Below, piece by piece: positions 24,200 through 36,956 of a stretch of 64,000 bases of DNA; positions within the stretch are counted from its first letter, which is position 1; the number at the start of each line of letters is the position of its first letter. This DNA comes from Eledone cirrhosa (Eukaryota): contig OZ024742.1 in assembly GCA_964016885.1 (NCBI GenBank), positions 279,496,001-279,560,000 on the forward strand, written 5' to 3'. The position numbers were made by a program, and so were the translations under genes. Under the pieces are notes generated by a model. The model was given only the letters and a program-made list of their open reading frames with translations. It searched no databases and had not been told where the DNA came from.

Positions 24200-24475
24200 A
24201 TTAAAGGTGGAAAACTGGGAGAGGGCACTTGCCCTGGTGGTCAGGGTCACTGTGGTCTTTTAATGGGCTTTCTCCACAAATGTTCCTCGGAAGTCTCCCC
24301 CTATTGGGGAATTTTTCTTTGTTATTTTATTACATCCTGTTTTTTTTACACGCAGAAATGCCCATTTGTACCGTCTTGTATTGTCCTGTACTGTTCTTAA
24401 TGTCTACTTTATGTAAACCCTTGTGGTTAATAAAGAAAACATTATTATTATTATTAATATTATTATTATTATTAT

Positions 24476-24795
24476 CATTCTCCTCCTCGGGTTTCTTTTG
24501 GGGTGAATCATGGTGTCAGAGTAATCAAACACGCCAGTGGGTACCGTCAGAAGCAACTGTGTCTAATTCATCCGGCTGGAATCCCAAGCAAGACCAGGCG
24601 AGTTCAGAGATATTATCCAGATCTGGGTCTCCTGTATCAGAGAAGTAGTCGCTCTAATGAAGAGATCCTGTGACCTCCGAGCTGCACACTTTACCGAGTA
24701 ACTTTACTTCATAGATCATTCGGAGTAATCCCATTTTAGCCGCTTGTATTCGCCATCGTATTCTTTCAGTCATTACCCAAGATTCATAATTCATT
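24476..24795 (-). mobile_element. RTE-clade LINE 3' fragment with (TAA)n tail
   Basis: Minus translation YESWVMTERIRWRIQAAKMGLLRMI is typical of the RTE post-RT region; the 3' end runs into the (ATT)n at 24441-24475. Confidence 0.65.
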
Positions 24796-24962
24796 TTATT
24801 TTCGTAGTTCGAAAGATTACCTAATTGCACATGAATGACAGAGTAAGCTGAAGTCCAAGTACTTGGCTCCTTATCATTGATATTCCTTAAAGGCACTACT
24901 CCAGCATGGCCGCAGTTCACTTGTAGATACACAGGCACATAAGTATTTCTACGGAAATACTT

Positions 24963-25005
<43 letters not shown>

Positions 25006-25179
25006 CTTCATAGGTGTCTTTTAACCTTATAGCCTTGTTTAATTGTTTTTTTGTGTGGTTGATTATGCTGACTGGGAGAGGAAATAGTGTATATATTTTA
25101 TCAAATGATTCTATGGACATACTTTATTGTATATGTATATATATATATATACATATATATATGTGTATATATTTATCCT

Positions 25180-25286
25180 TATCTAGACCACTTTGGATTT
25201 TAGTCTTCACATTTATCATATATATATATATATATAAATATATTGTCTCTTTCTCTCTGTCTGTCTGTCTCTCTCACTCTCTCTCA

Positions 25287-25368
<82 letters not shown>

Positions 25369-25480
25369 TGAGAGAGAGACAGACAGACAGAGAGAAAGAG
25401 ACAATATATTTATATATATATATATATATGATAAATGTGAAGACTAAAATCCAAAGTGGTCTAGATAAGGATAAATATAT
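25180..25480. repeat. Palindromic microsatellite cassette: (CT)n-(TA)n-(GA)n with inverted unique flanks
   Basis: ATCTAGACCACTTTGGATTTTAGTCTTCACATTTATCATA (about 25181-25220) is inverted at about 25427-25466, enclosing mirrored CT and GA tracts. Confidence 0.8.
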
Positions 25481-25567
25481 ATCAAATATGTATATATATG
25501 CCTATAGAAATATGTTGTGCGCATGTATAGGTATGTAGATAAGAATGGATAGACACACACACACACC

Positions 25568-25673
<106 letters not shown>

Positions 25674-26151
25674 CATATATATATACACATGCATATATAT
25701 ACATATAGGTATGTAAATCTATAGGTGCGTGCAGAAGGAAGGGGGAGAAAGAGAGGGATATATATCGAAGGGAAACTAGGAGCTGTGTAAGAGAGGCTAA
25801 TATTATATTTAGCTCTACAGTAATACACAGGCAATTAATTGTTAATTTCCGCTTCAAGTTTATCACTTTATTGATTAAATACTAAAGCTTTCAGGCGGCG
25901 ACCTTCAATGAAAAACGGCTGCTTTTAATCAAAATCTGCAGATTCTCAAATAGGCAATTGTACGTGCGCACAAAACACATACGCACACATATACACACAC
26001 AGCTACATAGACACGTACCCCCCCATATATATATATATATATATATACACAAACGCTAACAAACAGGTACACTCCAAACACTTACACGCACATATATTGT
26101 TATCTTCTGATAATCTCTCATTCACACTATCCATTTACATTACAATATATG

Positions 26152-26208
<57 letters not shown>

Positions 26209-26299
26209 ATGTGCATGTGCGTGCGTATGTGTGAGTGTCGTTGTATTTTTATTTTTTCAAAAAATAATTTTTTTGTCATCCCCTTTAACGGTGTCGCGA

Positions 26300-26982
26300 T
26301 CGAAAGTAGGTTTTTAGCCTAGCAAATGATATGAAATGTCTTGCACATAATTTGCAATCATGATAAAATTATTCACTGGCAATAGCCGGCTGTGGTTGAT
26401 CTTCATGTAATTTTGCATGTCTTTGGAACCCTCCTGCTGATCTACACTCTTTTCCATATGCTTGACAGGTATGATGAGAAGCATCTCTGACAGCAGCCTA
26501 GTAGTCAACCACTAGTCACACTTTATGACTGCGAAGACGACTTTTGAGTCCAGCTTTGCTGAGGCAAAGTCTTACATAGACGCTGCATGTCATCGCTATG
26601 AGAGGACCTTTGCTGTCTGGAAATGTAACAGCAAAGCCTTTCCTGACATCTGTTCTTACGTTCTCGTATGCGGTTCGAAATGCTTCAAAACCAACTTTCC
26701 CCTCAATCTTACACAATTTACTACGATCAGCAGCTAATTTTTCCCATGTATCAGCAGAGATTTTAGCGTCTTTCAAGGAGGCTTTCAACAAGTCCTTATA
26801 CATCTTCTGAGCTTTATGTGGAGGTCGTTTTCCTTTAACTAACTCTCCACAAAAGAGTTATTTTAGTATCCTAGAATCCTCCATCCTGGCAAGGAGACCA
26901 CTCCATCGGAGACTTTGCTTAAGCACAAGAGCTTCTATACTTTTACACAGAGAGCTTTCCCAAACCTCGACATCACTGATGT
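26300..26982 (-). mobile_element. RTE (BovB-like) 3' fragment, diverged paralogue of 27064-30740
   Basis: LRWSGLLARMEDSRILK, YKDLLKASLK and CLSKAGLKSRLRSH match the neighbouring element. Confidence 0.8.
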
Positions 26983-27063
26983 ATATATGTATATATAAAT
27001 ACATACATACATACATACATACATACATACATACATACATACATACATACATACATACATACA

Positions 27064-30000
27064 TGATGGCTGCCCCCTCGTTATCGAGTATGGCCATTGC
27101 ACGAGAAGAAACAACATAATAATAACAATAATAATAATAATAACAACAATAATAATAACGACAACAACAACAATAATAATATACATATACATATATATAT
27201 ACGTACACGCACACACATAAGCATATCTACACACACACACACACACGGTAGCAACTAACAGCGCTGCGATCGAATGTGGCTTTTTAGCCCAGCCAATGAT
27301 TTAAAATGTCTTGCACAGAGTCGGCAACCAAAACATTCACTGGGAATAGTCGGCTGTGGTTGGAGTTCGTGTACTTTTGCATATCGTTTGAGCCCTCCTG
27401 CTGATTTACATTGTTGGCAACCATAATGAGTAGCATCTCCAACCAATGGTCTTACTTTATGACTGCGAAGATGACTTTCGTGTCCAGCTTTGCTTAGGCA
27501 GAGTTTCGCACAGACGCTGCATGTCAACACCATAGGAGGACCTTCGCCGTCTGGAAGTGCAACAGCAATGCCCTTCCTCACATCCCACTTTACTTTCTCG
27601 TATTCGATTCGAGATGCCTCAAAGGCAACTTTTCCCTCTTATACAGTCTTTCTCCATTTATTACGATCAGCAGCAACATTTTCCCATGTATCAGCAGAGA
27701 TGTTAGCGTCTTTCAAAGAGGCTTTCAAGGAATACTTATACTTCTTTTTTGGTTTATGTGGCGGTCGTTTTCCTTTAACTAACTCTCCATAAAAGAGTTG
27801 TTTTGCTATTCTAGAATCCTTCATCCTGGCAAGGTGACAACTCCAACGAAGTCGTTGCTTATGCACAAGAGCTTCTAACTGTCACACATAGAGCTTTCCA
27901 AAATCTCGACATCACTGATGTGGTCCCTCCAGTGAACGCCATGGATCCGTCTGAGACACATCTGATGGAAACGCTCCAATTGCTTAAGGTGGTGTCAATA
28001 TGTGACTCAGCTCTCGCAGGCATAAAGAAGAGAAGAGAGCACACAGGCCTTGTACATCTTTAACTTTGTCTTCTTGCATATGTCTCGTCGACCCCAGAGT
28101 CGCCTTTCTAGCTTTCCGAAAGCATCACTTGCTTTCCTAATCCTGAGTGGGATTTCACTGTCAAGGTTGCTGTATCGATTGATAGTGCTTCCCAGGTAGA
28201 TAAACTGATCAACCACTCCAAGTCGTTTACCATACACATAGATGTTTGGTTCAGTGTACTGCTTACCGGGGGCAGGTTGGTACATGAAGATGGTTTCCTT
28301 GAGACTGACAGTCAGACCTACAGCAGTGCAAGCATCAGAAAATGCATTCAAAATGTGCTGCATATCACTCTCTGTGTGCGTTACAAGATGCATACAAGAG
28401 GTCTCTTATGATTGATGTAAATACTTTTGGTTTTGCATCAAAGCGCCTCATGCTAAATATGCTGCCTGAGGTTCGATATCTGATGTAAACACCATGCTCG
28501 CAATTCCTGAATGCAATACAGAAAACCATTGAAAAGTATATGGCAAACAGGGTCGGTGCTGGAATATCCCCCTGTTTCACTCCATATTTTACTGACATAG
28601 GCTCCGACATGTTAGCTCCGACATTAACACAACCCTTAATGTCGTCATGGAAAGACCTAACTAAAGCAAGGAACTTATCAGGGCAACCAAGTTTCTGGAG
28701 AACCTTCCATAATGCATTTATGTTAACAGTATCGAAAGCTTTTGTCAGATCGACAAAACCCTTTTACAGATCAAAACCTTGTTCCATGCACTTCTCCTGG
28801 AGCTGTCTAGCTGAGAAGATCCTATCAGTAGTGCCGGGTCCAGCACGACATCCAGATTGACTTTCAGGAAGAACACAATCTGCAATGTGTGTAAGCAGAC
28901 GGTCCTGAAGCACACTACATAAAACTTTCCCTACGACAGTAAGCAATGATATACCATTGAAGTTCCCACAATCATTCCTGTTACCCTTTCCCTTGTACAA
29001 GACCACCATTAGTGCATCTCTCCAGTCCTCAGGTACGGATTCATTAGCCCATATCCTGCCAAACAAAGAGTGAATATGTTGCAGGAGTCTCTCACCACCA
29101 TATTGTAGGAGCTCAGCATGTGTGCCATCCATACCTGGTGACCTTCCACTATTCAGCTTCGAGATAGCCTCTGCAACCTCCACAAGCGTCGGAGTTTCTG
29201 CGAGAGCTACTTTCACAGGACTTTCTGGAATGAGATTGAGGAAATCTTCATTGACGACAGACGGCTGATTCAAAAGCTCATGAAAGTGCTCTCGCCACCT
29301 TCGTAGCATTCCTTGTGAATCACGAAGAAGTTATATCCCATCCTTGCTGCGAAGCGGTGTCACCATAGAAGAAGACGGTCCATAAACTTCACGCAAGAGA
29401 CTGTACAACAGCTTCGTGTTATTGGAATCTGACGCAGTTTGTGTCTCATCAGCCTTCTCACTCCACCACTGATCCTTCATCTGAGAAAGACTCTGCCTAA
29501 CACATGATTTCACATCCTTGAGTTCCTTATGTAGCATATTCTTCTCCTGTGGTTTTGCCGTCAAGTAGCGTGACAGAGCACGGCTCTTATCAGCCAACAA
29601 GTCTTCTATATGCTCATCAATCTCATTAAACCAGTCTTGATGTTTTCTCTGCAACAATCCCAGAACACACCTGCCTATATCATAAACCGACATTTTAAGG
29701 GTCGGCCAATCCTCACCAAGATCTGCAACCTGCATCTCTTCTTGCAATGTCCTCTTCACATTTTTATCCTTAAGACGAGCAGCATTCAATCTTCTGGGCA
29801 GGGCAACACCAGGAGCCCGGGTTTTACGTTTAGTGATTAGTTTCGCTTTTGCGCGTACCAGGCGGTGGTCCGTCCAGCACTCAGCTCCACGAAGAGCACG
29901 AACACACGGCACATCCTGTCTGTCACGCATCCTGACTAGGACGTAGTCCAAAAGATGCCATTCCTTAGATGCAGGATGCACCCATGTGGTCTTAAATTTG

Positions 30001-30740
30001 TTCTTTTGTTGGAACAGGGTGTTGGTAACACAGAGATCCAGCTCTTCATACATCTGCAGCAGGAGCATAACATTGTTGTTACACATCCCCACCCCATGCC
30101 TTGCGATTACATTCCATGTGTTAAAATACCTACCTACTCTAGCATTAAATTCACCAAGCACGATGACTTTGTTTGCCTGAGGGATATTTCCTAAAACACA
30201 TTTCAAGGCATGGTAAAAGGAAACTTTTTCTTCATCGACAGAATTCATAGTTGGAGCATACACACTCACCATGGACGCATATCTTACTTTATCCAGCGGA
30301 ATTATCATGGACATAAGACGCTCACCTCTCCCTACAGGGAATTCTTTTAATTTATTCACAAGAACAGACTTAACAGCAAATGCTATCCCAGACTCTCTTC
30401 TGGTTCCTTCATCTCTTCCGTTCCAGAAGAATGTATATTCTCCACAAAATTGTGTAAGATCACCTCTCCAGCTAACCTCGTCTCAGATAAAGCCACAATG
30501 TCAATATCGTAACGTCGAAGCTCCTTTGCAACTAGAGCGGTCCTTTGGAATCCCTGTCAGGCAGCGTCCATACGTTCCAGCAGCCAAGACTAAATGCCTT
30601 GTTTGGCTATATTACAGTGGGACAATGGCGAGCGGGCCCAAGCTGTGATAACCTGGGGCCCCTGCCCTTATTGCCAAGTATCTCTTTTGTTCCAGAATCT
30701 TTATTGCCAATTATCTCTGTTATATTGTTTTGGAACATCA
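27064..30740 (-). mobile_element. Near full-length decayed RTE (BovB-like) LINE with C-terminal C2H2 fingers and (ATGT)n tail
   Basis: APE (SVYAPT, VLGEFNARVG, LLDYVL, WTDHRLV), RT (SPGMDG, GISLL, GVKQGDIPAPTLF, FIYLGS, LLYACES), RLRWSCHLARM, CxxC..H..H fingers. 3' end GGCCATACTCG...CAGCCATC(ATGT)n. Confidence 0.87.
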
Positions 30741-30812
30741 TTGAATTCGGAAAAGAAAAGAAAAAAAAAAAGTAATAATAATAGTAACAATAATAATACT
30801 AATAATAATAAT

Positions 30813-33800
30813 GCTTTCTTTATTAACCACAAGGGTTTACATAAAGTAGACATTAAGAACTGTACAGGACAATACAGGATGGTACAAATGGGCATTTCTG
30901 CGTGTAAAAAAACAGAGGATGTAATAAAAAATAGCAATGAAAAATTCCTCAATAGGGAGGAGACTTCCGAGAGACATTTTTGAAGAAAGCCCATTAAAAA
31001 GGCCACAATGACCCTGACCACCAGGGCAAGTGCCCTCTCCCAGTTTTCCACCTTTAAGTTACAGACACATACTCAGAGTAGGCCCATTCACTCGGGCCAT
31101 ACTTGCTTCTCTCACCCATCTTTCAACAAAATGCTGGGAAGAGAGCACTTCCCTCTCTACCCTGATTTTCCTTTTCAAATGAAATTTGAAAAAGTTAATC
31201 AGGGCATCACCGAAGAGGTAAGTGCTCGTCTTCAACTCTTTCAAACGTGTCCACCATACTATCTCTTTCGCCATGGCCACCAGACAGATAAAAACAGCCT
31301 GCCCTTCCCGGCTAAAGGAAGAGGGCGGGGCAATCCTTACGATGGACTCAGCTGATAGCCGGTTTCCGTCCAACACGTGACAGCAGGTGTTCGCTATAAA
31401 CCCACAAGTCAGCAATGTTCGGACACTGGACGAGTGCGTGCAGGACGGTTTCGTCGCCCTGCGCGCATCTCGGACATGCCCGGCTGACGGCACCTCAATG
31501 CCTGTAGAGCTTATCCCGAACTGGCAAAGCTCCTCGGTAGCACTGCCAAGCCAGAGATTTCTGGAAGTTATCCATAGGCCCCGTCCCAAAAGTCCTTCCG
31601 AAGAGATTGGCTAGTTGATTTTCGTCGACGCCTAGATTTTCTCCAAGTACGTCGTCGCTATTCCCCTCCACTAATCCTCTATAGAACGCCAAGGTGGAGT
31701 TTCCACCGATCACATTGCCCGATTGGTCGAGGGCTGTGAGCGCCTGAAGACATTCCAGTCTCCAAGCGCTCCCTCTCGGTCTTTGCTTGACCCAGGACTG
31801 CAGCTCCGTCAAGGAGACGAGCTGGGGAAAGACGCGTCTAGCAAACGGCGACCACACCTGATCACTGTCGAGGAAAAGGTGGAGATGTCGTAGCCTGAGC
31901 GCATGTCTGCGCATCATCAGCCACGGCATGCCCAGCCCTCCACGTAGCGGGTGTTGACAGCAGATGGACCGCCTGACCATCGGAGCGCGTCCCTTCCACA
32001 AAAAGCGAAAGAGCAAACGCTCCAGCGCAGTCAGGCGGGGCTTAGGACAAGGTACGATGGTCAGGCGGTAGTCGATGACTGACGCGATGAACGCGTTGGC
32101 CACCTACGCTCGACCTTTCAGGGATAGCTTCCGCTCCGCCCTTTTCTGGGTTAGAGAAGCCACCCTTGCGTCACCTCGTCACAGTTTTTGTCCGTCTGGA
32201 GGTCCGGACCGAACCAGACCCCTAGCAATTTAACCGGTCCGTCAGTCCAGCGCCCGACGACGCTGTTGGACGGCATGGACCTGCCTCTCCAGGTGCCGAG
32301 CTGCAGGCCCACTGACTTTTCCTGGTTAATCATTGCCCCTGTCACCGCTTCGTATTCTCTTAGTGTAGTGCCAATCGCCTCGATGTGTTTGGCGTTCGAC
32401 ACCACTACGGTGACATCGTCCGCATATGCTGGCACGGATCTTCCGCATCCTAGTTCGCGCGGGACCGCCCTCAACGTCTCCAGTTTGTGCAGTAATCGCT
32501 CGAGAGTCAATACGTACAAGAGGGACGAGAGGGGACATCCTCGGCGGACCGAGCGCATGATGTTGAACGGTTCCGAAAGGTGACCGTTCACTCTCACCAC
32601 AGAGCAGATATCGTTGTGCATGGCAGCGATCCAGCCTCTGAAGACAGGCCCAAAGCAAGCCGCCCTCAGGACTGCCGCTAGGTAACGATGGTCGACCCTA
32701 TCGAAAGCTTTCAACTGATCTAAATTGATCAAGTACCCACCCGTGCCAGGTTCCCTAGCTACGGTCTCTACGATGTATCGAATGAGGTGTAAGTTGTCGT
32801 GGATGGATCTGTCGGGAATGGCGCACTCTGCGCCTCTCCCACCAAACCACCAACGACAAGCGCCAACCTCTTTGCTAGCACCTTGGCCAAAATCTTGAAC
32901 TCTGTGTTTAGCAGAGTTATGGGCCTGAAATTATCTATGTTATCCCCCTTGTTCGGATCCTTTCTCAGCAGCGCCACAGCTCGTCGGCTCACAGAGCTGG
33001 GAATTCTCCCGTTCTGTTACCAGCTGCAGTAGACGTCCGCCAAGAGGCCTCCGAACAAGTCAGGCATCTGTACATAAAGTTCATAGGGCAGACCATCCAA
33101 ACCAGGCGATCTACCCCTTGTGCAGCCAGTCATTGACTCCCGTACTTCAGCGGCTGTTATCGGCTTTTCGCAACACTCCGCCTCCGTGGCCGAGAGCCGC
33201 GGCAGTCCGTCGAGGTAGACAATAAAGTCCATCCTTCGATCCGGCAGGCCGCTGTCCCCGAACATCTGTGCTAAGTGTCGCTGAAAAGCTTTACACATTT
33301 TCCCGGGATCGAGTAGCATGCGCGCATCTTGGTCCACCAAAGACCGGATCGTGGCTTTGTGGCCACGACGCGCCTCCGCCACTCGGGCCCATTGAACGGC
33401 TTTCGTCCTCTCGTGTCTGAGAGCTCGCACCCTAGCTCTGACAACGCAGCCTTCGTGCTTTGCATTGAAGAATTGTTCAAGGGCCAATTTCGCCGCAAGT
33501 ACGTCGGTCGCGATGCCTTTGCTAAGCGCCTCGTCTAATTTTCTAACAAATTCTCCCTCTGTTCTATTTTTCTCTATTACTAAAGCCTTACTAAACCTAA
33601 TGGACTCTATTCTAATTTCTCTTTACAGAGCAAACCACCATTTGTTGTTGACGATAGCCCCCGTCAACGCCCACTTAACTAGTTCGCTAATCCGGTCTCT
33701 GTAGGCCTTGCGCGCAGGTAAGGACACGTTTAGCTTCCAGTAGCCGTGTCCTCGATTATGAAGCCTATCTAAGTCAAGCACACAGATCACGAATTTGTGG

Positions 33801-36640
33801 TCCGTGTAGCTGACTATCTTGAATTGTAGACAGCCTATGCTAGACCTATCTATTTTCCTACAAAATACTCTATCTAGATATGATCTAGCTGACCCTTAGC
33901 GATTTGTCCAAGTCCATATTGGAACATTCGGGAAATCCAATCGGTACCTGTCAGAAAGTTAAAAACGCCTGAGCAGGTTGGTGAGGCTTTTACCCCCTCC
34001 TGCCCTATCCGCTGATCCCACACTTTCCCAGCGTGCATGTAAGATCCCGTTCCAGTCGCCCACTAATACTAAAGATCGGGACGTTTCAAGAAAGGTCTCC
34101 AGACGCCGTAGAAATCAGCCGCCCTGCTCCTGTCGGGGCATAGACGGCCACTAGCCTGAAAGCTTGCCCGTCTCCTCTGGTCACGTCTAGCACCACCAGC
34201 TTACCTTCTGGGTCCAGGAAGATGGCCCGTATGGCGATATCCAAACCTCTCCGAAAAAGCACAGCAACTCCCCCCCCCCCTCGATCCCGGACGGCTGGGA
34301 GATGCGTATACATTGTAGCCACTGAAGATCGGTGCGAATGCCCCTGCTTCGAAGATTCTGGTCTCGCTGATGGCCACTACTTCTATGTTTAGTGACCTGA
34401 GGTCGTTGAGCAGGTGGCCCTGCTTCCATGACCACCCCAAGCAACGCGCATTTATGCTGCCTATACTGTGTGAGGTCATGTTGAAATGGAGTGGAAAAGA
34501 TAGGAAAGACCACTTACCTTACTTCTCGTTAGGGAAGGATGGTTTCTCCATCCTTTTCAATGCTTGTGGCCTCCTCCGGAAGGATGACCTCATAAATCCT
34601 CCTGGAGAGTGTTTGTCGGAAGTTTCCGATGTCTTTGGGGAATTTTTGTTTTAGTGTCGTGTACATTTTCTGTGTGATGCGAGTGATTTGTATGTGTGGA
34701 GGTGGTGTGAACGTTTGAGTTGTTGTGTAGTCTTTTTCTGTGATGCTGGTATTGTGTTGGATGTAGTGTAATAATTGGTTGTTGTTCAAATTTAATGCTG
34801 TGTAGTGTGTATCGTTTTGGTTGTTTTGTTTTGTTTGCGTTTGTTTCTGTTTCGCTTTTTGGTGTCTTTTGTGGTGTTGGTGATGATGGTGTTGGGGTTA
34901 ATGATGGTGATGTTGTTGGTGTTTGTGGTGATGGGGTTGGTGATGCTGGTGTGGATGGTGGCATATCTGTCCTAACTTTTTTGTTTGATAGTTTATTTTT
35001 TTGCATCTTTATTTTGATTTTGGAGGGGGAAGGAAATGATTTTTTTCTTTTTTGGTGTTTTTTTTCTTTTTTCCTGATATCGTTTCCCACTCCTCGTCGT
35101 CACAATCTGTCTCCAGTTGTGATAGGCCGGGGAGTGGAAAATCCTCCACAGGTGTTGGTTTTGGTTGTGGCGTGGTGGATGGTGTAGGCGCTGGTGCTAG
35201 TTCTGGCGCGTTGGGTGGTGGTGGTGTTGGTTTTGCTACTGTTGCCGGGGTTGTTGCTGTTACAGTTGCTTCTGATTTTGCTGCTACATTTGTTGCTGCC
35301 ATCTCTGCTGCTGGTGGTGTTGATGGTTGAGTCACTGGGGTGGGGATGAGAGGGGCCTCAACCTTTTAGCCTGAGGACAGAAAGCCCTTAGGTGGGTTCC
35401 TTCACTACAAACGTCACACCTAGGCCTTCTGCTCTCGACGATTACGGCGAGGTGGCTGCCGTCAGTGAGGTCTATTACCTCTGGGATCTCCTCAATGCTA
35501 TTTTGGTCCGCTTGGATCAGGAGCTCCATCATTGCTCCGGACCAGTTCTCCTGCTTTTCTTTCGCTATTTCGATTATCTTGGTGTTGGCTTCGATGCCGG
35601 CGAAGACGGCAGCTATTAGCCAGGGAATTTCGATGGCCGGTGGAACATGGGTCACCCTGATCTTTACGAGTCTCTGGTCACAATAACTTGAGACGAGTGT
35701 GAAGTCGTCACTTCTTAATGGGGCCATGGAGTGTTCTCTAGCCTCCTGTGGTGTTTCAAAGAACACGTCCACGGTTCCATATTTCTGCCCACGTCTGATG
35801 TGGGTTTTTTTTGTCCACACATGTCCCAAAGCTTTTTGGATTTGGGACTCGGATGCCCGTTCCACTCGGCACGATTTTATATTAATTGTTCTATAAGAGA
35901 CGGTGCATAGGCGCCGATGCTCCATTTTATTATGTGGGGTGGGGGTGAGGCTGACCCTGTACCCATGTTTCTTTACCATTTTTTGGCTTCTTCTAATTCC
36001 TCCTGAGTTACCTGAAATGCTTCGCAGTTTTGCTACTCTGGCAAAACTCAGGGTGGTTTTCTTAATGTCATTGTTGCTGTTGTTGTTATCGTTATTTTTG
36101 TTATTATTAATTTTAGTTTCAGTTGTGGTGGTGGTGGCGTCAGTGGTGTTCGGTGAGGAAGAGTTCATTTTGGTTGAATTCATTTCGATATCACGAGTTA
36201 ATTTATTTTTTTCTTTTGTTTATGTTGTCGCGATGGTGGTGGTGGTTTTGGCGCCTTTAACACCTGCAGTCATTGGTAATGGTGGGAAATGAATGTCTGT
36301 CTGAGACAAATTTAAAATATAACTACTGCTTATATTTTTAGTGTTGGCAAACGTAGTAATATTTACAATGGTGGTGTCGGTGTGAGGTGTTAGTTTGTGA
36401 GGAAGGAGTGACTCTGAGTCATCCATGATTTTTCAAAGAAAAACTTTTGTTTGATAATTATAAAAGTTTAAATTTTGGGCTCAAGGCCCCAATCTTTTTG
36501 GGTGTCCTTTTCAGATAACAATGTATGTGCACTTATATACAGTTAACAATAAAAATTTTCCATGAATGTCAATTTTAAACAACTGAAAATAACAAACCTT
36601 TGCGGAGCTCACGATGATACGATTTACTACGTAGGTCGCC
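30813..36640 (-). mobile_element. Full-length Tx1/L1-clade LINE, family B (different 5' UTR/ORF1, ORF2 close to family A), decayed
   Basis: ORF1 pieces 36426-34514 with CDVCSEGTHLRAFC. ORF2 pieces 34479-31059 are highly similar to family A. (ATT)n at both ends. Confidence 0.9.
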
Positions 36641-36696
<56 letters not shown>

Positions 36697-36956
36697 TTTC
36701 TTTATTAACCACAAGGGTTTACATAAAGTAGACATTAAGGACAGTGCAGGACAATGCAGAACGGTACAAATGGGCATTTCTGCGTGTAAAAAAACAAAAA
36801 CAGAGGATGTAACAAAAATAACAATGAAAATAACAATGAAAAATTCCCCAATAGGGGGGAGACTTCGGAGGGACATTTGTGGAGAAAGCCCAGTAAAAAG
36901 CCACAATGACCCTGACCACCAAGGCAAGTGCCCTCTCCCAGTTTTCCACCTTTAAT

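Larger units (their letters stand above)
18437..24440 (+). mobile_element. Full-length Tx1/L1-clade LINE, family A copy 1 (ORF1 intact, ORF2 frameshifted)
   Basis: 5' UTR-ORF1-ORF2-3' UTR with AATAAA at 24429. (ATT)n on both sides. Near-identical inverted copy at 36695-42686. Confidence 0.92.
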
